A stretch of 64,000 bases of DNA from assembly GCA_037447365.1 (NCBI GenBank), contig JBBIGU010000002.1, positions 6,678-70,677 on the forward strand, written 5' to 3'. How positions within the stretch are numbered: position 1 is the first letter of the stretch; each line of letters starts with the position of its first letter. The position numbers and the translations under genes were made by a program. Origin of the DNA: Candidatus Peregrinibacteria bacterium. Lineage in GTDB: Bacteria; Patescibacteriota; Gracilibacteria; UBA1369; UBA12463. The notes under the pieces were generated by a model. It had not been told where the DNA came from. It ran no database searches and worked only from the letters and a program-made list of their open reading frames with translations. Below are positions 9,756-19,817 of this stretch, in pieces.

Positions 9756-11288
9756 ATGAAGTTCGGTGGAACATCCGTTGATAATATCAACGAGGTTACA
9801 ACGATTGTTGGCTTGGAGGCGAAAAAAACTCAGCCGATCATGGTTGTTTCTGCATATAGCGGACAAACAGATGCACTTAAAAGGATTGCTCAGGATGTAC
9901 TTCAAAATCCCTCCTTTTGGAATTATTATAGTTTGTATTTTGCTCTCGTACCTGTTCTTTATGACGTTATGGAGAAGGCGGGAAAACGTGAGTCTCTTGA
10001 CCACCATTTTTCACTCCTCACTTCTGTTTATCAGCATTTTGTTGCGTGTATCGATCGTGTTATCCGGGAGATTCTAGCTATTACTGATGATCTTTCTGTG
10101 AAAGATCCATCTTCTCTTTCTCCTGAAATTCAGACATACATCGAAGATCGAATTATTGGCCTTGGTGAGGTATTTTCGGCTCATGTTCTTGCGAGAATTT
10201 TATCTACCCGAAGTGAGCTTGGCAGGATATTTGAAGACGTCTCTCTTGTTGATATTTTCGATGCAGATTCGCAGAGTTCTCCCGTTCTTCCTGATCAAAA
10301 AGATGCATTCTTTGAAGAAGCGAGTCGAAAAATTGCTGCCCGAATTCAAGCTGTTTTGGATCGAGGCAATGTGCCTGTTGTAACCGGTTATATGGGGTAT
10401 CTTCCTGGTGGTATTCTCAAAACAATTGATCGTGGATATACTGACTCGACTGCTGCGCTTACCGCTGTAGCGCTTTTGCGTATGGGTATTGATCCTGAGC
10501 GAATTCGTCTTCAAATTTGGAAAGAGGTTCCAGGTCTGTTATCGGCTGATCCTCGTATTGTTGAACCAAATTATAACCCTAAGGAGCAGCGACGTGCGAG
10601 TGACTTCAAGGTGGCGAAGCTTCGTGAACGAGCAACGTTAACCGAGGCAGCTGAGCTTGCCGATCTTGGGGGAATGAAGGCGGTAAATCCGAATGCGATC
10701 TGGATTTTGGATGGGAAGGGTATTGAACTTCAGGTTCGAAGTACCTTTGATCCAGAGAGTCCGGGTACTGTTATTAATGATGTGGAAAATCCTGATTTAC
10801 AAGGTATTCGATTTATTAGTGGAAAAAAAGGCCAGGCAATGTATCGCGTGAAGAGTAATAAAATGGTCGATCAGAGTGGTGTTGCTGACAAAATTTTCTC
10901 TGCGGCTGCCCATATGGGAATTTCTGTCGACATGATTACAACTTCTGCAACGTCAGTTGTTTTTAGTGTTGATGCAAAACATCCGAAACGAGCAGAGCTT
11001 GAAAAACAACTTGCTGATATCGGAAAAGTTAAACATTATGAAAAAATGGCACTTGTGTGCGCTATTGGAAATAATTTGGAGGAGTCAGTGGGTCTTTTGT
11101 CTAAACTTTCAGGCTTTTTAGCTCTTCATGGTATTAATATTTATTTTGATGGAGGCAATGCTGATGACAATCTCACCTTCGCTATTAAAGAAGAGCAGTT
11201 CGAAGATGCCATCAAATCTCTGCATGAAGGAGCGATTGAAAATGATCTAGATAGGACGATTATTCGATTTGAAAGAGCAGAAGCCTAA
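9756..11288 (+). CDS. aspartate kinase (amino-acid kinase domain plus C-terminal ACT-like region)
   Basis: MKFGGTSV start, VVSAYSGQTD, GYTDSTAA, and a C-terminal region resembling tandem ACT domains. An alternative ATG lies at 9726. The upstream TTG of the track ORF coincides with a -35 box. Confidence 0.75.
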   Translation: MKFGGTSVDNINEVTTIVGLEAKKTQPIMVVSAYSGQTDALKRIAQDVLQNPSFWNYYSLYFALVPVLYDVMEKAGKRESLDHHFSLLTSVYQHFVACIDRVIREILAITDDLSVKDPSSLSPEIQTYIEDRIIGLGEVFSAHVLARILSTRSELGRIFEDVSLVDIFDADSQSSPVLPDQKDAFFEEASRKIAARIQAVLDRGNVPVVTGYMGYLPGGILKTIDRGYTDSTAALTAVALLRMGIDPERIRLQIWKEVPGLLSADPRIVEPNYNPKEQRRASDFKVAKLRERATLTEAAELADLGGMKAVNPNAIWILDGKGIELQVRSTFDPESPGTVINDVENPDLQGIRFISGKKGQAMYRVKSNKMVDQSGVADKIFSAAAHMGISVDMITTSATSVVFSVDAKHPKRAELEKQLADIGKVKHYEKMALVCAIGNNLEESVGLLSKLSGFLALHGINIYFDGGNADDNLTFAIKEEQFEDAIKSLHEGAIENDLDRTIIRFERAEA

Positions 11289-11875
11289 TATTTTTTTATT
11301 AATTCTAGCAACATCGGAAACTCCTCGAATCCGTCGCGTTTCATGAAGTGACCGGCATTATTGAGCATGAAAAGCTCAGTAGTTCCGCCTAGATGGTGCT
11401 GATAGTATTCTCCGACTTCTGGTTGGACGTATGGATCGTTGTCGGAAAAGATGAGGATGAATTTTTTACAGTTGCGTTGGATTTTTTTCCAGTCGAAGTC
11501 TTGTTCGAAGAAGTTTTTGAGATCGGTGAATTCTGAATCTTCGAGAACTTTTTTATTTGGAGCTGCAATAATAATGGCGAGATCGAGTGGTTGTGTCCAG
11601 TCGAGTTCAAGTGATTTAAGGATTTCTGTTCCGCCGAGGCTATGGCCAATCATGGTACGAAATGTTGGCTTGTTCGAATGTGATGTAGACTTCAATTCTG
11701 GCTTCCATAGGTCATTTATGGTTTGTGTCCATTCTTGAACTTGTGGATGGTCTGTGTTGGGAAATTGAGGGTTATCAACATGAAAGTTGAATTTTTCTAA
11801 TTCAGATTTGAGCCACGGAAACCAATGTCCGTCTTTGTTTCCACCATAACCATGAATAATGAATGCTTGTTTCAT
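11285..11875 (-). CDS. alpha/beta serine hydrolase, YdeN/RBBP9-like
   Basis: 196 aa. IIHGYGGNKDGHWFPWLK N-terminus and nucleophile elbow GHSLGG. Its stop codon overlaps the aspartokinase stop (CTAA). Confidence 0.6.
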   Translation of the reverse strand: MKQAFIIHGYGGNKDGHWFPWLKSELEKFNFHVDNPQFPNTDHPQVQEWTQTINDLWKPELKSTSHSNKPTFRTMIGHSLGGTEILKSLELDWTQPLDLAIIIAAPNKKVLEDSEFTDLKNFFEQDFDWKKIQRNCKKFILIFSDNDPYVQPEVGEYYQHHLGGTTELFMLNNAGHFMKRDGFEEFPMLLELIKKY

Positions 11876-11903
11876 GACAAATTAAGATCGAGATTTTGGA
11901 GTA

Positions 11904-14537
11904 TTATTCTTCTGATCCGTGGCATTTCTTGTATTTCTTTCCGCTTCCACATGGACAAGGATCATTTCGACCTACAGTATTTTCACTGTGAGCTTGTTCT
12001 GATTTTGTAACAATTGGTTGACCATTTGCGTCTTCCGCTGGTCGTTCTCCAGAAAGAACCGATTCGATCTGTGCTTCATTGGTCATCATCTTTTTTGGTG
12101 CTTCTGGAGCCATTTCCTCGGCTGTTGTGATTGAAACTTCAATCTTGAAGAGTGTATTTACGGTATTGAATCGAATATTACTGAGAAGTTTTTCAAATGC
12201 TTCAAAGCCTTCCTGTTTGTACTCAATCAGTGGATCACGTTGAGCATAACCACGAAGGGAAATTGCTTCACGAACGGCTTGCATATTTTCAATATGTGCC
12301 ATCCAGAGTTCGTCAATAATGCGTAAGCTGATTGCGCGCTCGACGTTCCGCATAATGTCGCTTTGAGGAAATTTCTTCTCGCGCGCCTCATACTCTTCAA
12401 ACATATACTCTTTTACCATTTGAATGAGCTCTTCCACAGTATTTACTTTTTCAAGATCTTCTTTTGTAAGTTGACGAGCTGGATTTCCGTGAATAGCGCG
12501 GATTTCCATGAGAATCTTTTCGAGGTCCCATTCACTCTTTGCTCGTTCACCAGATCCTGCATAGTTACGTACAAGCATTTCTACGACCTGGCCAATACTC
12601 AATAAAATATCTTGCTTAATGTCATCTACGAATAATACTTTTCGTCGTCGGCTATAAATAATTTCTCGGTGCATATTCATGACATCATCGTATTGAACGA
12701 GATGTTTACGAATATCAAAATGATGACCTTCAACTTTTTTCTGTGCACTCTCGATTGCCCCACTAATGAGTCGGTTTTCGATTGGCATGTCTTCTGGAAT
12801 TTGTAATGCCTCCATCATTTTCTGAACACGTTCAGATCCAAAAAGTCGCATAAGGTCATCTTCCATAGATACGAAGAATTGGCTTGTACCAGCGTCTCCC
12901 TGACGTCCAGAACGACCTCGGAGCTGATTGTCGATACGTCGTGATTCGTGACGTTCCGTACCGAGAACGAAGAGTCCTCCGAGTTCGACAACATCGTCAC
13001 CGAGTTTAATATCGGTACCACGACCAGCCATGTTTGTTGCGATAGTGACCGCACCACGCTGACCGGCATCTTTAATAATTTCTGCTTCACGTGCGTGATT
13101 TTTTGCGTTTAAGACATTGTGCGGAACACCTTCACGTTTTAGTAATTCACTAATCAGTTCAGATCGTTCAACAGAAATAGTACCAACTAAGACAGGTTGA
13201 CCCTTTTCGTGGAGTTCTTTTATTTTGGCTACAGCAGCGAGAAATTTGCCTTTCTGATTTTTGAAAATAGCATCTGGAAGATCTTTACGATTGACCGGTC
13301 GGTGTGTTGGAATGACGATCGTTTCAAGTCCGTAAATTTGAACAAATTCTTCTGCTTCTGTCTGTGCAGTACCGGTCATACCTGCAAGTTTATTGAAGAG
13401 ACGGAAGTAGTTCTGAAGTGTGACGGTTGCGAGTGTTTTGCTCTCACGTTTAACCTCGACGTTTTCTTTTGCTTCGATAGCTTGATGAAGTCCATCTGAA
13501 TAACGGCGACCTGCCATGAGACGACCGGTGAATTCATCAACGATTAAAATCTCTCCATCTTTGACGACATAATCTACGTCGTTTTTGAAGGCAGCATGCG
13601 CTTTTAACGCTTGTTCCAAATGATGAACCTCGCTATATCCGGCATCAGTATAGATATTATCAACACCGAGAAGTTTTTCGAGATGAGCGATTCCTTCGTC
13701 TGTTAAGAATGCGCCTTTTACTTTTTCGTCGACGATATAATCTTTTTCTGGTTCGAGTTGTCGAACGAGTTGTGCGTATTGTTGGTATTTCGATGTTGAC
13801 TCTTCTGCTGGTGCAGAAATGATAAGCGGTGTTCGTGCTTCATCGATCAAGATTGAATCAACCTCATCAATAATGGCATAGTTCAGACCTCGTTGAACCA
13901 TCTGTTCTTTTGTTGTGGCCATGTTGTCACGAAGATAGTCGAAACCAAATTCGTTGTTTGTTCCATAGGTAACATCTGCTTCGTAGGCGAGTTTCTTTTC
14001 ATCGTACGATTGACCATGATGAATAACACCTACTTTTAAGCCAAGAAATCGATGTAATCCTCCCATCCACTCTGCATCACGACGAGCGAGATAGTCATTA
14101 ACTGTTACTACCCAAACACCTTTTCCTGTTAGTGCGTTGAGATATACCGGAAATGTCGATACGAGTGTTTTACCTTCACCCGTTTTCATTTCTGCAATTC
14201 TTCCACGATGAAGAACAGTTCCACCGATAATCTGAACATCAAATGGAACCATGTTCCACTCTTGTTCGTTTCCATATACTTCCCATTTTCGTCCACAAAG
14301 GCGTTCTGCAGCTGCCTTTACGAGACCGAATGCCTCTGGAAGAATATCGTCGAGCGTAGCGCCATTTGCGAGTCGCTCTTTGAATTCTGCTGTTTTTTCC
14401 GGAAAGGCTTCGTCTGTTGTGAGTTCAACTTTATATTTTTTGTACCAAGCATTGGTTTCTTCAACGAGTGGCAAAATGGATCGAATCTCTTTTTCGTTTG
14501 GATCGCCGAGAATTTTGGTAATAATTTTACGTAACAT
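11904..14537 (-). CDS. secA: preprotein translocase ATPase SecA
   Basis: 877 aa. AEMKTGEGKTLV Walker A, DEAD-like IDEVDSILIDEARTPLIIS, and the C-terminal zinc motif CPCGSGKKYKKCHG. Confidence 0.95.
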   Translation of the reverse strand: MLRKIITKILGDPNEKEIRSILPLVEETNAWYKKYKVELTTDEAFPEKTAEFKERLANGATLDDILPEAFGLVKAAAERLCGRKWEVYGNEQEWNMVPFDVQIIGGTVLHRGRIAEMKTGEGKTLVSTFPVYLNALTGKGVWVVTVNDYLARRDAEWMGGLHRFLGLKVGVIHHGQSYDEKKLAYEADVTYGTNNEFGFDYLRDNMATTKEQMVQRGLNYAIIDEVDSILIDEARTPLIISAPAEESTSKYQQYAQLVRQLEPEKDYIVDEKVKGAFLTDEGIAHLEKLLGVDNIYTDAGYSEVHHLEQALKAHAAFKNDVDYVVKDGEILIVDEFTGRLMAGRRYSDGLHQAIEAKENVEVKRESKTLATVTLQNYFRLFNKLAGMTGTAQTEAEEFVQIYGLETIVIPTHRPVNRKDLPDAIFKNQKGKFLAAVAKIKELHEKGQPVLVGTISVERSELISELLKREGVPHNVLNAKNHAREAEIIKDAGQRGAVTIATNMAGRGTDIKLGDDVVELGGLFVLGTERHESRRIDNQLRGRSGRQGDAGTSQFFVSMEDDLMRLFGSERVQKMMEALQIPEDMPIENRLISGAIESAQKKVEGHHFDIRKHLVQYDDVMNMHREIIYSRRRKVLFVDDIKQDILLSIGQVVEMLVRNYAGSGERAKSEWDLEKILMEIRAIHGNPARQLTKEDLEKVNTVEELIQMVKEYMFEEYEAREKKFPQSDIMRNVERAISLRIIDELWMAHIENMQAVREAISLRGYAQRDPLIEYKQEGFEAFEKLLSNIRFNTVNTLFKIEVSITTAEEMAPEAPKKMMTNEAQIESVLSGERPAEDANGQPIVTKSEQAHSENTVGRNDPCPCGSGKKYKKCHGSEE

Positions 14538-14666
14538 GTTGGGTTGTTGATCGAAAATAAAATAATCCGTCTGGGACTTCTAAAGCCAATGTATTTTAGT
14601 TGAAGTGAAGCCAAAATACAAGGTTTTACCAGCTTTGATATGGGGTTTTGCCTGGGCGAAGGTGCT

Positions 14667-16100
14667 TTATTCTTTGTATCCTCTCAAAACAATGAAAAAT
14701 GTCTTCAGGATCACCTTTAGATCGAGATCTATGGACCAGTTTTGGATATAGAAAGTGTCCAGGCGGACTTCTTCTCGGAAGTCGAGATCTGATCGGCCAG
14801 AGATTTGCGCCATGCCCGTGAGACCTGGTTTTACCTCGAGGACGAACTTGTCACCGCGTGAATATTTTTCTACTTCTTCTGGAAAGTGTGGGCGTGGTCC
14901 GACGATGCTCATGTCGCCTATGAAAATGTTCCAGAGCTGTGGAAGTTCATCGATTGAAAATCTTCTGAGAAATTTTCCAACACGCGTGACACGTGGATCG
15001 TTTTCAATTTTTACGAGAGGGGAGTTTTTGCGAAGATTTTTGTCGGCGAGAGTGGTGTATCTCTGATTGTGGGTGTTTGGATGCATCGTTCGAAACTTGT
15101 AGAACTTGAAGAGCTTTCCATACTGCCCTACGCGAAGAACGGGTTGACCATCGTCGAGCTTAGTGAAGAAGACTGGGCCGCGCGAGTCGATTTTAATCGC
15201 GAGCGCGATGAGTACGAAAAATGGAAATCCGATAATGAGTCCGATGAGTGATCCGACAATATCAAATGTTCGTTTGATGATTTTTCCCCAACCGTCGAGT
15301 GGTGTTGGTTTGAGTTCGAGAATAGGAATGCCACGCATGGTTGAAATTTCTACATTCGTTCGTTGAACCTCCATGAGATCTGGAACGAAAGAGTACTTCA
15401 CGTGAAGTTCACGACATGTTGCGAGTACTTCTGATCCGAACTTACTCACTTCTCCTGCCTGAATAATCTGCTCGATTTTGTGCTTTTTTATGAGTTTTTC
15501 GAGAGATGCTGTTGTTCCTAGAAAGTGATCTTTTTGTTCATGTTTTGATGTTTCGCCAATGAATCCAATTAATTTGTAATCGATGTGATTTTTGATTTTA
15601 CCCATAAAGTCTCGTGCGAAATCATTTTCTCCAATGATTGCTACTCGATACTGGCCTATGCCATTTTTAAGAAGTTGTCTTCTGATAAGATGAATGATGA
15701 GCCGTTCTGTTCCTAGGAAAATGGTTGTAAGTACCGTTGCATACACCAGAAGCAGACGCGAAAATGGAAATGTTCGTATGACGAAAAAGTACGCAATGAT
15801 CACCATAATCCATGCGAATACCAAGAAAAACATTTTTGCGAGATCACGAGCGAGTGCTCGAGAAACCTTCAAAAGGTACATCTGATTGATTGCAAAAATC
15901 ACTACAAGAAGCAGTGCGCACTTGAGCGTGAAAGTAAAAAAGTCTTCATGTGTTGGAAGTGTTGTGAAATCAAATGGACTTTGATACGTAAAAAAAGAGG
16001 GGAGTGTTCTGAATTTGAGTGCTACGAAAAACGCCGCCACGGTTAATCCAAAATCGAGTGGAATTTTAATAATGCCGAAGAAGAGACGAATGGGTTTCAT
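14667..16100 (-). CDS. polyprenyl-phosphate sugar phosphotransferase (WbaP/CpsE-type bacterial sugar transferase)
   Basis: 477 aa. N-terminal TM helices and a C-terminal catalytic domain with [21 protein letters not shown]. Confidence 0.8.
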   Translation of the reverse strand: MKPIRLFFGIIKIPLDFGLTVAAFFVALKFRTLPSFFTYQSPFDFTTLPTHEDFFTFTLKCALLLVVIFAINQMYLLKVSRALARDLAKMFFLVFAWIMVIIAYFFVIRTFPFSRLLLVYATVLTTIFLGTERLIIHLIRRQLLKNGIGQYRVAIIGENDFARDFMGKIKNHIDYKLIGFIGETSKHEQKDHFLGTTASLEKLIKKHKIEQIIQAGEVSKFGSEVLATCRELHVKYSFVPDLMEVQRTNVEISTMRGIPILELKPTPLDGWGKIIKRTFDIVGSLIGLIIGFPFFVLIALAIKIDSRGPVFFTKLDDGQPVLRVGQYGKLFKFYKFRTMHPNTHNQRYTTLADKNLRKNSPLVKIENDPRVTRVGKFLRRFSIDELPQLWNIFIGDMSIVGPRPHFPEEVEKYSRGDKFVLEVKPGLTGMAQISGRSDLDFREEVRLDTFYIQNWSIDLDLKVILKTFFIVLRGYKE

Positions 16101-16168
16101 GCGGACATATACTACTTCAAAGCCTGTATTGAGAAAAGAGACTCTTTTTCTCTCTGTATTTTATAGAG

Positions 16169-16631
16169 TACTGGAATGTTCTCTATAAGCCGAGTTCTGT
16201 ACACGGAAGCTTCATTGCTGAGGCTGCCGTGAGACGACTATCTATCTAGGCCCATGATCACTCATAAGCTCATGCAGTGGAGAAGAGAAGGACGGTCGGA
16301 ACCGACGTTTGGAGCACTTTCGTACACGTATCCTTTCTTCCCAGCCACCTTGCACCACCTAGGGTTTGCCACTGAGATTTTGTTGCCCTGAAATCAGAGT
16401 CCCCAAGAATCCCACTCCGCCTGAGGCGGACTTTTCACCTTTTGTTCTTCAATGTTTAAAGACTGAAGAACGAGTATTGTCTCTGTGGTACTTTCCCTTG
16501 CCCCATATTACTATGAGACCGACAGGCGTTACCTGCTAAGCGTTCCGATGGTGCTCGGACTTTCCTCTACGCGAGTTGCGAAGCGACTTGCGCCTGCTCC
16601 CGCATAGCAATCGTCAAAGAACATTCCAGTA
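16169..16631 (-). ncRNA. rnpB: RNase P RNA (bacterial type A-like)
   Basis: The minus strand reads GAGGAAAGUCCGAGCACC (P4 5' strand), GGUAACGCCUG, GAAAGUACCACAGAGA and ACAGAACUCGGCUUAU (P4 3' strand). The 14-nt terminal arms UACUGGAAUGUUCU and AGAACAUUCCAGUA form P1. No ORF covers this 640-nt gap. Confidence 0.85.
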
Positions 16632-16637
16632 CATGCT

Positions 16638-16666
16638 AGTATGCACCTTTTTTGGCTGTTTGACAA
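16638..16666 (-). promoter_or_regulatory. putative promoter for rnpB
   Basis: Minus-strand TTGTCA (16661-16666), about 17 nt of spacer, then CATACT/ATACTA with an adjacent TG, a few nt upstream of the P1 5' arm. Confidence 0.3.
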
Positions 16667-16685
16667 GTTACCGGCTTCTTTTATT

Positions 16686-16707
16686 CTAAAAATCCCTGCC
16701 CGGGCAG
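16686..16707 (-). terminator. weak intrinsic terminator after the 872-aa gene
   Basis: Minus strand: CTGCCCGGGCAG hairpin followed by GGATTTTTAG. Confidence 0.4.
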
Positions 16708-16772
16708 AAATTTAGCTTCAAATTTGACACGGTTTTGAAATGAATTCTTCCTTGTTCATAAGGGATGTATCG

Positions 16773-19391
16773 CTATTTGATCTTCACTTTTGGATGAAGC
16801 ATTTCTGTACCATCAATTCTGCTTACTCCATACATTTTTCCTTTATCTCTCGGAGGTATGCTTCCGATATTATAGCTGAGCCTGTTTGGGCCTCCTGTCG
16901 TTTCAACCCATTCGTATTTTCGCCCTTCTAATTCGAATGCTGTTCCCGGTCCATCGATATCGCATGCTATTGCTTGATGATCCGGAAGGTATATGAATAC
17001 GCAATCAATTCCTACCGCTCTTGCGAGGGTTGCTGTCATAATGCTTGAATCTTCACAATCACCCCCTCTGCTCAAGAGTGACATGAGAAGACTTTTTGGA
17101 GCCTCTTCGTATGCATCTGGTACATAATAGAATGAGTGTACGAAATCTACGATTGCTCGCATCTTGTCTTTCTTGCTCTTGAATTTTTCAGTGATCTGAT
17201 TGGCGATATCTTTCGCAAATGGATCATTATCGAGAATATACAAGCCAGGGTTGATCCATTGACTACCTTCATCTAATTTTATTCTTTCTACTCGTCCTTG
17301 TCCTCTGAGTGCCTTGTTCTGCTCTATCAGTGTTGCGATTTCGACTTTTATCGGAATGGTTATTTTCTTACCTCCTGATGTGAAATGTTGCTCGTAAGCA
17401 ACTTCTTTGTATTCTGGAAGGGCGCTTGGTGGTATCGCAATGCCTTGATCTTCCATGATTGATGGGGGCAGTCTTAAGTTGCCTTTATCATCTACAATCT
17501 TGAACTTTTTGTCTTTTGTTTCGGTAACATATCTGTTTTCGGTATTTCTTTCGTCTTTTTCTGTTTTTCCAGTTAATGTTGTTTCTACTGAGAGATTTTT
17601 TGCGTTTGAATCTTTGTAACGTATGGTGTTGATTTTTCCTTTTTCGTCCGCAGCAATTTCTATTGCATTTGGATTTAGCTGAATGTTAAATGAAAAATCA
17701 AAACTGGTAACGAGAATTGCTTTTATCGCTTCGATATCCTTTGGATTATTTGCTTTGTAAATCGTTATATCATTGAAAAGATCGACAAGCCTTTGTCCGC
17801 CTTTTACTTTTCCGATTCTTGGAGGAAGTTTTGTATTTGTCCTCTCGTCGAATGGCTTGAATATGAACGCATGGTATGGGAATTTGTATTGTGGTCTATT
17901 TTTGAAATTAAATGGAACGTCTTTTGTGATAAAAAGTGTTTGTGCAAATGCCCGATTTCCAGTAACGGTATTAAAGATATATTTATCAAAGTGATCTTTA
18001 AATGCCATGAGCATGTTGAGGCCTTCCAGTTTTACTCTTTCTTGATCAAGAAACTCTGGCCTGTTCGGATCTCGTGGTGGCTCATCAATGTGCTTTTCTT
18101 CAGGTTTTGTGACGGGGGCTTTTTCGCTTTTTTTAAAGAGCCCTTCGATTTTGTCGTGGGTGAGTGCTCCAATTGCTAAAACGGCTGCAGTTCCAAGAGC
18201 CAGTATGGCATTTTTGTTGCTCTTCTTTGGGTGACTACTTTCAGATGGTTTTTTCTGTGGTTGATGTACTGGTTCTTCAGCGTTTGCATCTCCGGGTCTT
18301 TGGGATTGTGGAGGAGTTATAATCGTGGTCGTAGTGTTGACATTCGCATTTGTGGACAACATTTCTACTATTTTCTTTTTTGTGTTTTTCCCGAAGCGTT
18401 TCGTTTTTATGTCGTTTGGATCGGTGGCAAGGTTGTTTGCGAGTTTGAATCTTACAAGAGCATCTTCTGTTTTTGGTCCGAAGTTTCCGTTTGGAGCAAC
18501 GGTCATGTAACCCAGTATAAGCAAGGCGTTTTGCAACATCAGAACGTCGTTTCCGTGCATTCCTCTTCCGAGGTCTCGGGTAATTCCGTTTATTCCTTCT
18601 GCGAGATATTTCTTTTTCTCGGGCAGGGACATTGCCTCGAAAGATCCATGAGCATTTAGAGGATTTGCTGCCGTTGGCTTCCTCCCATCATTATTAAAAT
18701 CACTAAATAGATCTGCGATGAAGTTGAATAAATCAGTTCCTCGTGGTGCCTCATTTTTTAAATAATATATAAATGCTACTGGTTCTGTTGGCCAATTATT
18801 GGCTTGAAGCAGCGCTTGATTTTTGTCGAGCATTTTCTTGAGCGTTTCTTCATGATAAGCGAATAATGCTCCGCTTGCGGTTCCGCTTTCTTCGAAAGTT
18901 AGTAAAAGTGTCTTGACGCCATTTTTTGCAAGATGCACTCGATACTGCTCCATGTTTCCAATTTGACCAACTTCTATAAGCGATTTAATTGCCATCCACC
19001 CGAGCGGTTTTTTTGGACCTACCCTTTCTAAGTCTGACAAGCATTTCACTCTTTCTGCTTCTTTGTATTCAGCCATTGTTCCTACTGGATAGGTACCTTG
19101 AATATATATAGGATTTTCCTCCTCTTTTGAGTTTTGCAATATGATACATGTTGTACTTTGAGTTCCGTTTGGATTTACTACTGAAACATATATTCTCTGG
19201 TGTTTTGATCTTTCTTCTGTAGTGAGTACAACTTTAGCATCTTTTGTTTTCAACTCTTGGATTTCCTCCATTAATCGGTGATCATTCCATCCCAAAAAGA
19301 TCGATAATTCAGCTATCGCATCTTCTGGTGACATGGGCCTATTACATGAAAGTGAGTTTGATGGGGTGAGCATGTGACTATATTTACCCAA
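16773..19391 (-). CDS. large bitopic membrane protein: unknown N-domain, PG_binding_1-like repeat, one TM helix, unknown beta-rich region, transglutaminase-like cysteine-protease core
   Basis: 872 aa. The PG-binding-like segment is GMHGNDVLMLQNALLILGYMTVAPNGNFGPKTEDALVRFKL (residues about 272-322). The single hydrophobic helix is AILALGTAAVLAIGAL (about 395-411). The C-terminal core GGDCEDSSIMTATLARAVGIDCVFIYLPDHQAIACDID (Cys779) is transglutaminase-like. The start is uncertain: TTG 19391, ATG 19373 or ATG 19334. Confidence 0.75.
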   Translation of the reverse strand: MGKYSHMLTPSNSLSCNRPMSPEDAIAELSIFLGWNDHRLMEEIQELKTKDAKVVLTTEERSKHQRIYVSVVNPNGTQSTTCIILQNSKEEENPIYIQGTYPVGTMAEYKEAERVKCLSDLERVGPKKPLGWMAIKSLIEVGQIGNMEQYRVHLAKNGVKTLLLTFEESGTASGALFAYHEETLKKMLDKNQALLQANNWPTEPVAFIYYLKNEAPRGTDLFNFIADLFSDFNNDGRKPTAANPLNAHGSFEAMSLPEKKKYLAEGINGITRDLGRGMHGNDVLMLQNALLILGYMTVAPNGNFGPKTEDALVRFKLANNLATDPNDIKTKRFGKNTKKKIVEMLSTNANVNTTTTIITPPQSQRPGDANAEEPVHQPQKKPSESSHPKKSNKNAILALGTAAVLAIGALTHDKIEGLFKKSEKAPVTKPEEKHIDEPPRDPNRPEFLDQERVKLEGLNMLMAFKDHFDKYIFNTVTGNRAFAQTLFITKDVPFNFKNRPQYKFPYHAFIFKPFDERTNTKLPPRIGKVKGGQRLVDLFNDITIYKANNPKDIEAIKAILVTSFDFSFNIQLNPNAIEIAADEKGKINTIRYKDSNAKNLSVETTLTGKTEKDERNTENRYVTETKDKKFKIVDDKGNLRLPPSIMEDQGIAIPPSALPEYKEVAYEQHFTSGGKKITIPIKVEIATLIEQNKALRGQGRVERIKLDEGSQWINPGLYILDNDPFAKDIANQITEKFKSKKDKMRAIVDFVHSFYYVPDAYEEAPKSLLMSLLSRGGDCEDSSIMTATLARAVGIDCVFIYLPDHQAIACDIDGPGTAFELEGRKYEWVETTGGPNRLSYNIGSIPPRDKGKMYGVSRIDGTEMLHPKVKIK

Positions 19392-19788
19392 ATATTCTCT
19401 TGAACCAAGCGCGAGGACCTGATTCTTTTTTCTGCGTTTGCGATGGAGTTATCCGAGCCATTACCAAAGTATCTTCTTTTTCTTGGTTTTGTATTGTCAT
19501 TAATTGTTTTCGTCTTTCCTCTACATAGCCTCGCATCGCCTGAAGATCTTGTTCTGAAAGGTTGTTTGGATTTCTCTGCACAAAATCCTCAACTTCTTTT
19601 ATTTCATTTTCTATATAAGGTATATCTCCTTCATCCATTACGAGAGGGGCGGCATTGATCACAATTCCACTTTCTCTTGTTGTATATTTTTGCATCAATG
19701 AAAGAAGTCGCTGGTGTGGTCGAATTCCTACGACGTAGACTCGTTCTCCATCTGATTCAATATTGTCGCTAGGTTGGTTTGCACCCAT
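19384..19788 (-). CDS. hypothetical protein (134 aa)
   Basis: The track ORF (to 19905) overlaps the TPR gene. ATG 19788 (MGANQPSD...) avoids that overlap. The stop abuts or overlaps the 872-aa gene start. The C-terminus PRAWFKRIFG looks amphipathic. Confidence 0.5.
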   Translation of the reverse strand: MGANQPSDNIESDGERVYVVGIRPHQRLLSLMQKYTTRESGIVINAAPLVMDEGDIPYIENEIKEVEDFVQRNPNNLSEQDLQAMRGYVEERRKQLMTIQNQEKEDTLVMARITPSQTQKKESGPRAWFKRIFG

Positions 19789-19817
19789 GTGATTTTTTGT
19801 AATGTATTGTTTCTGTT

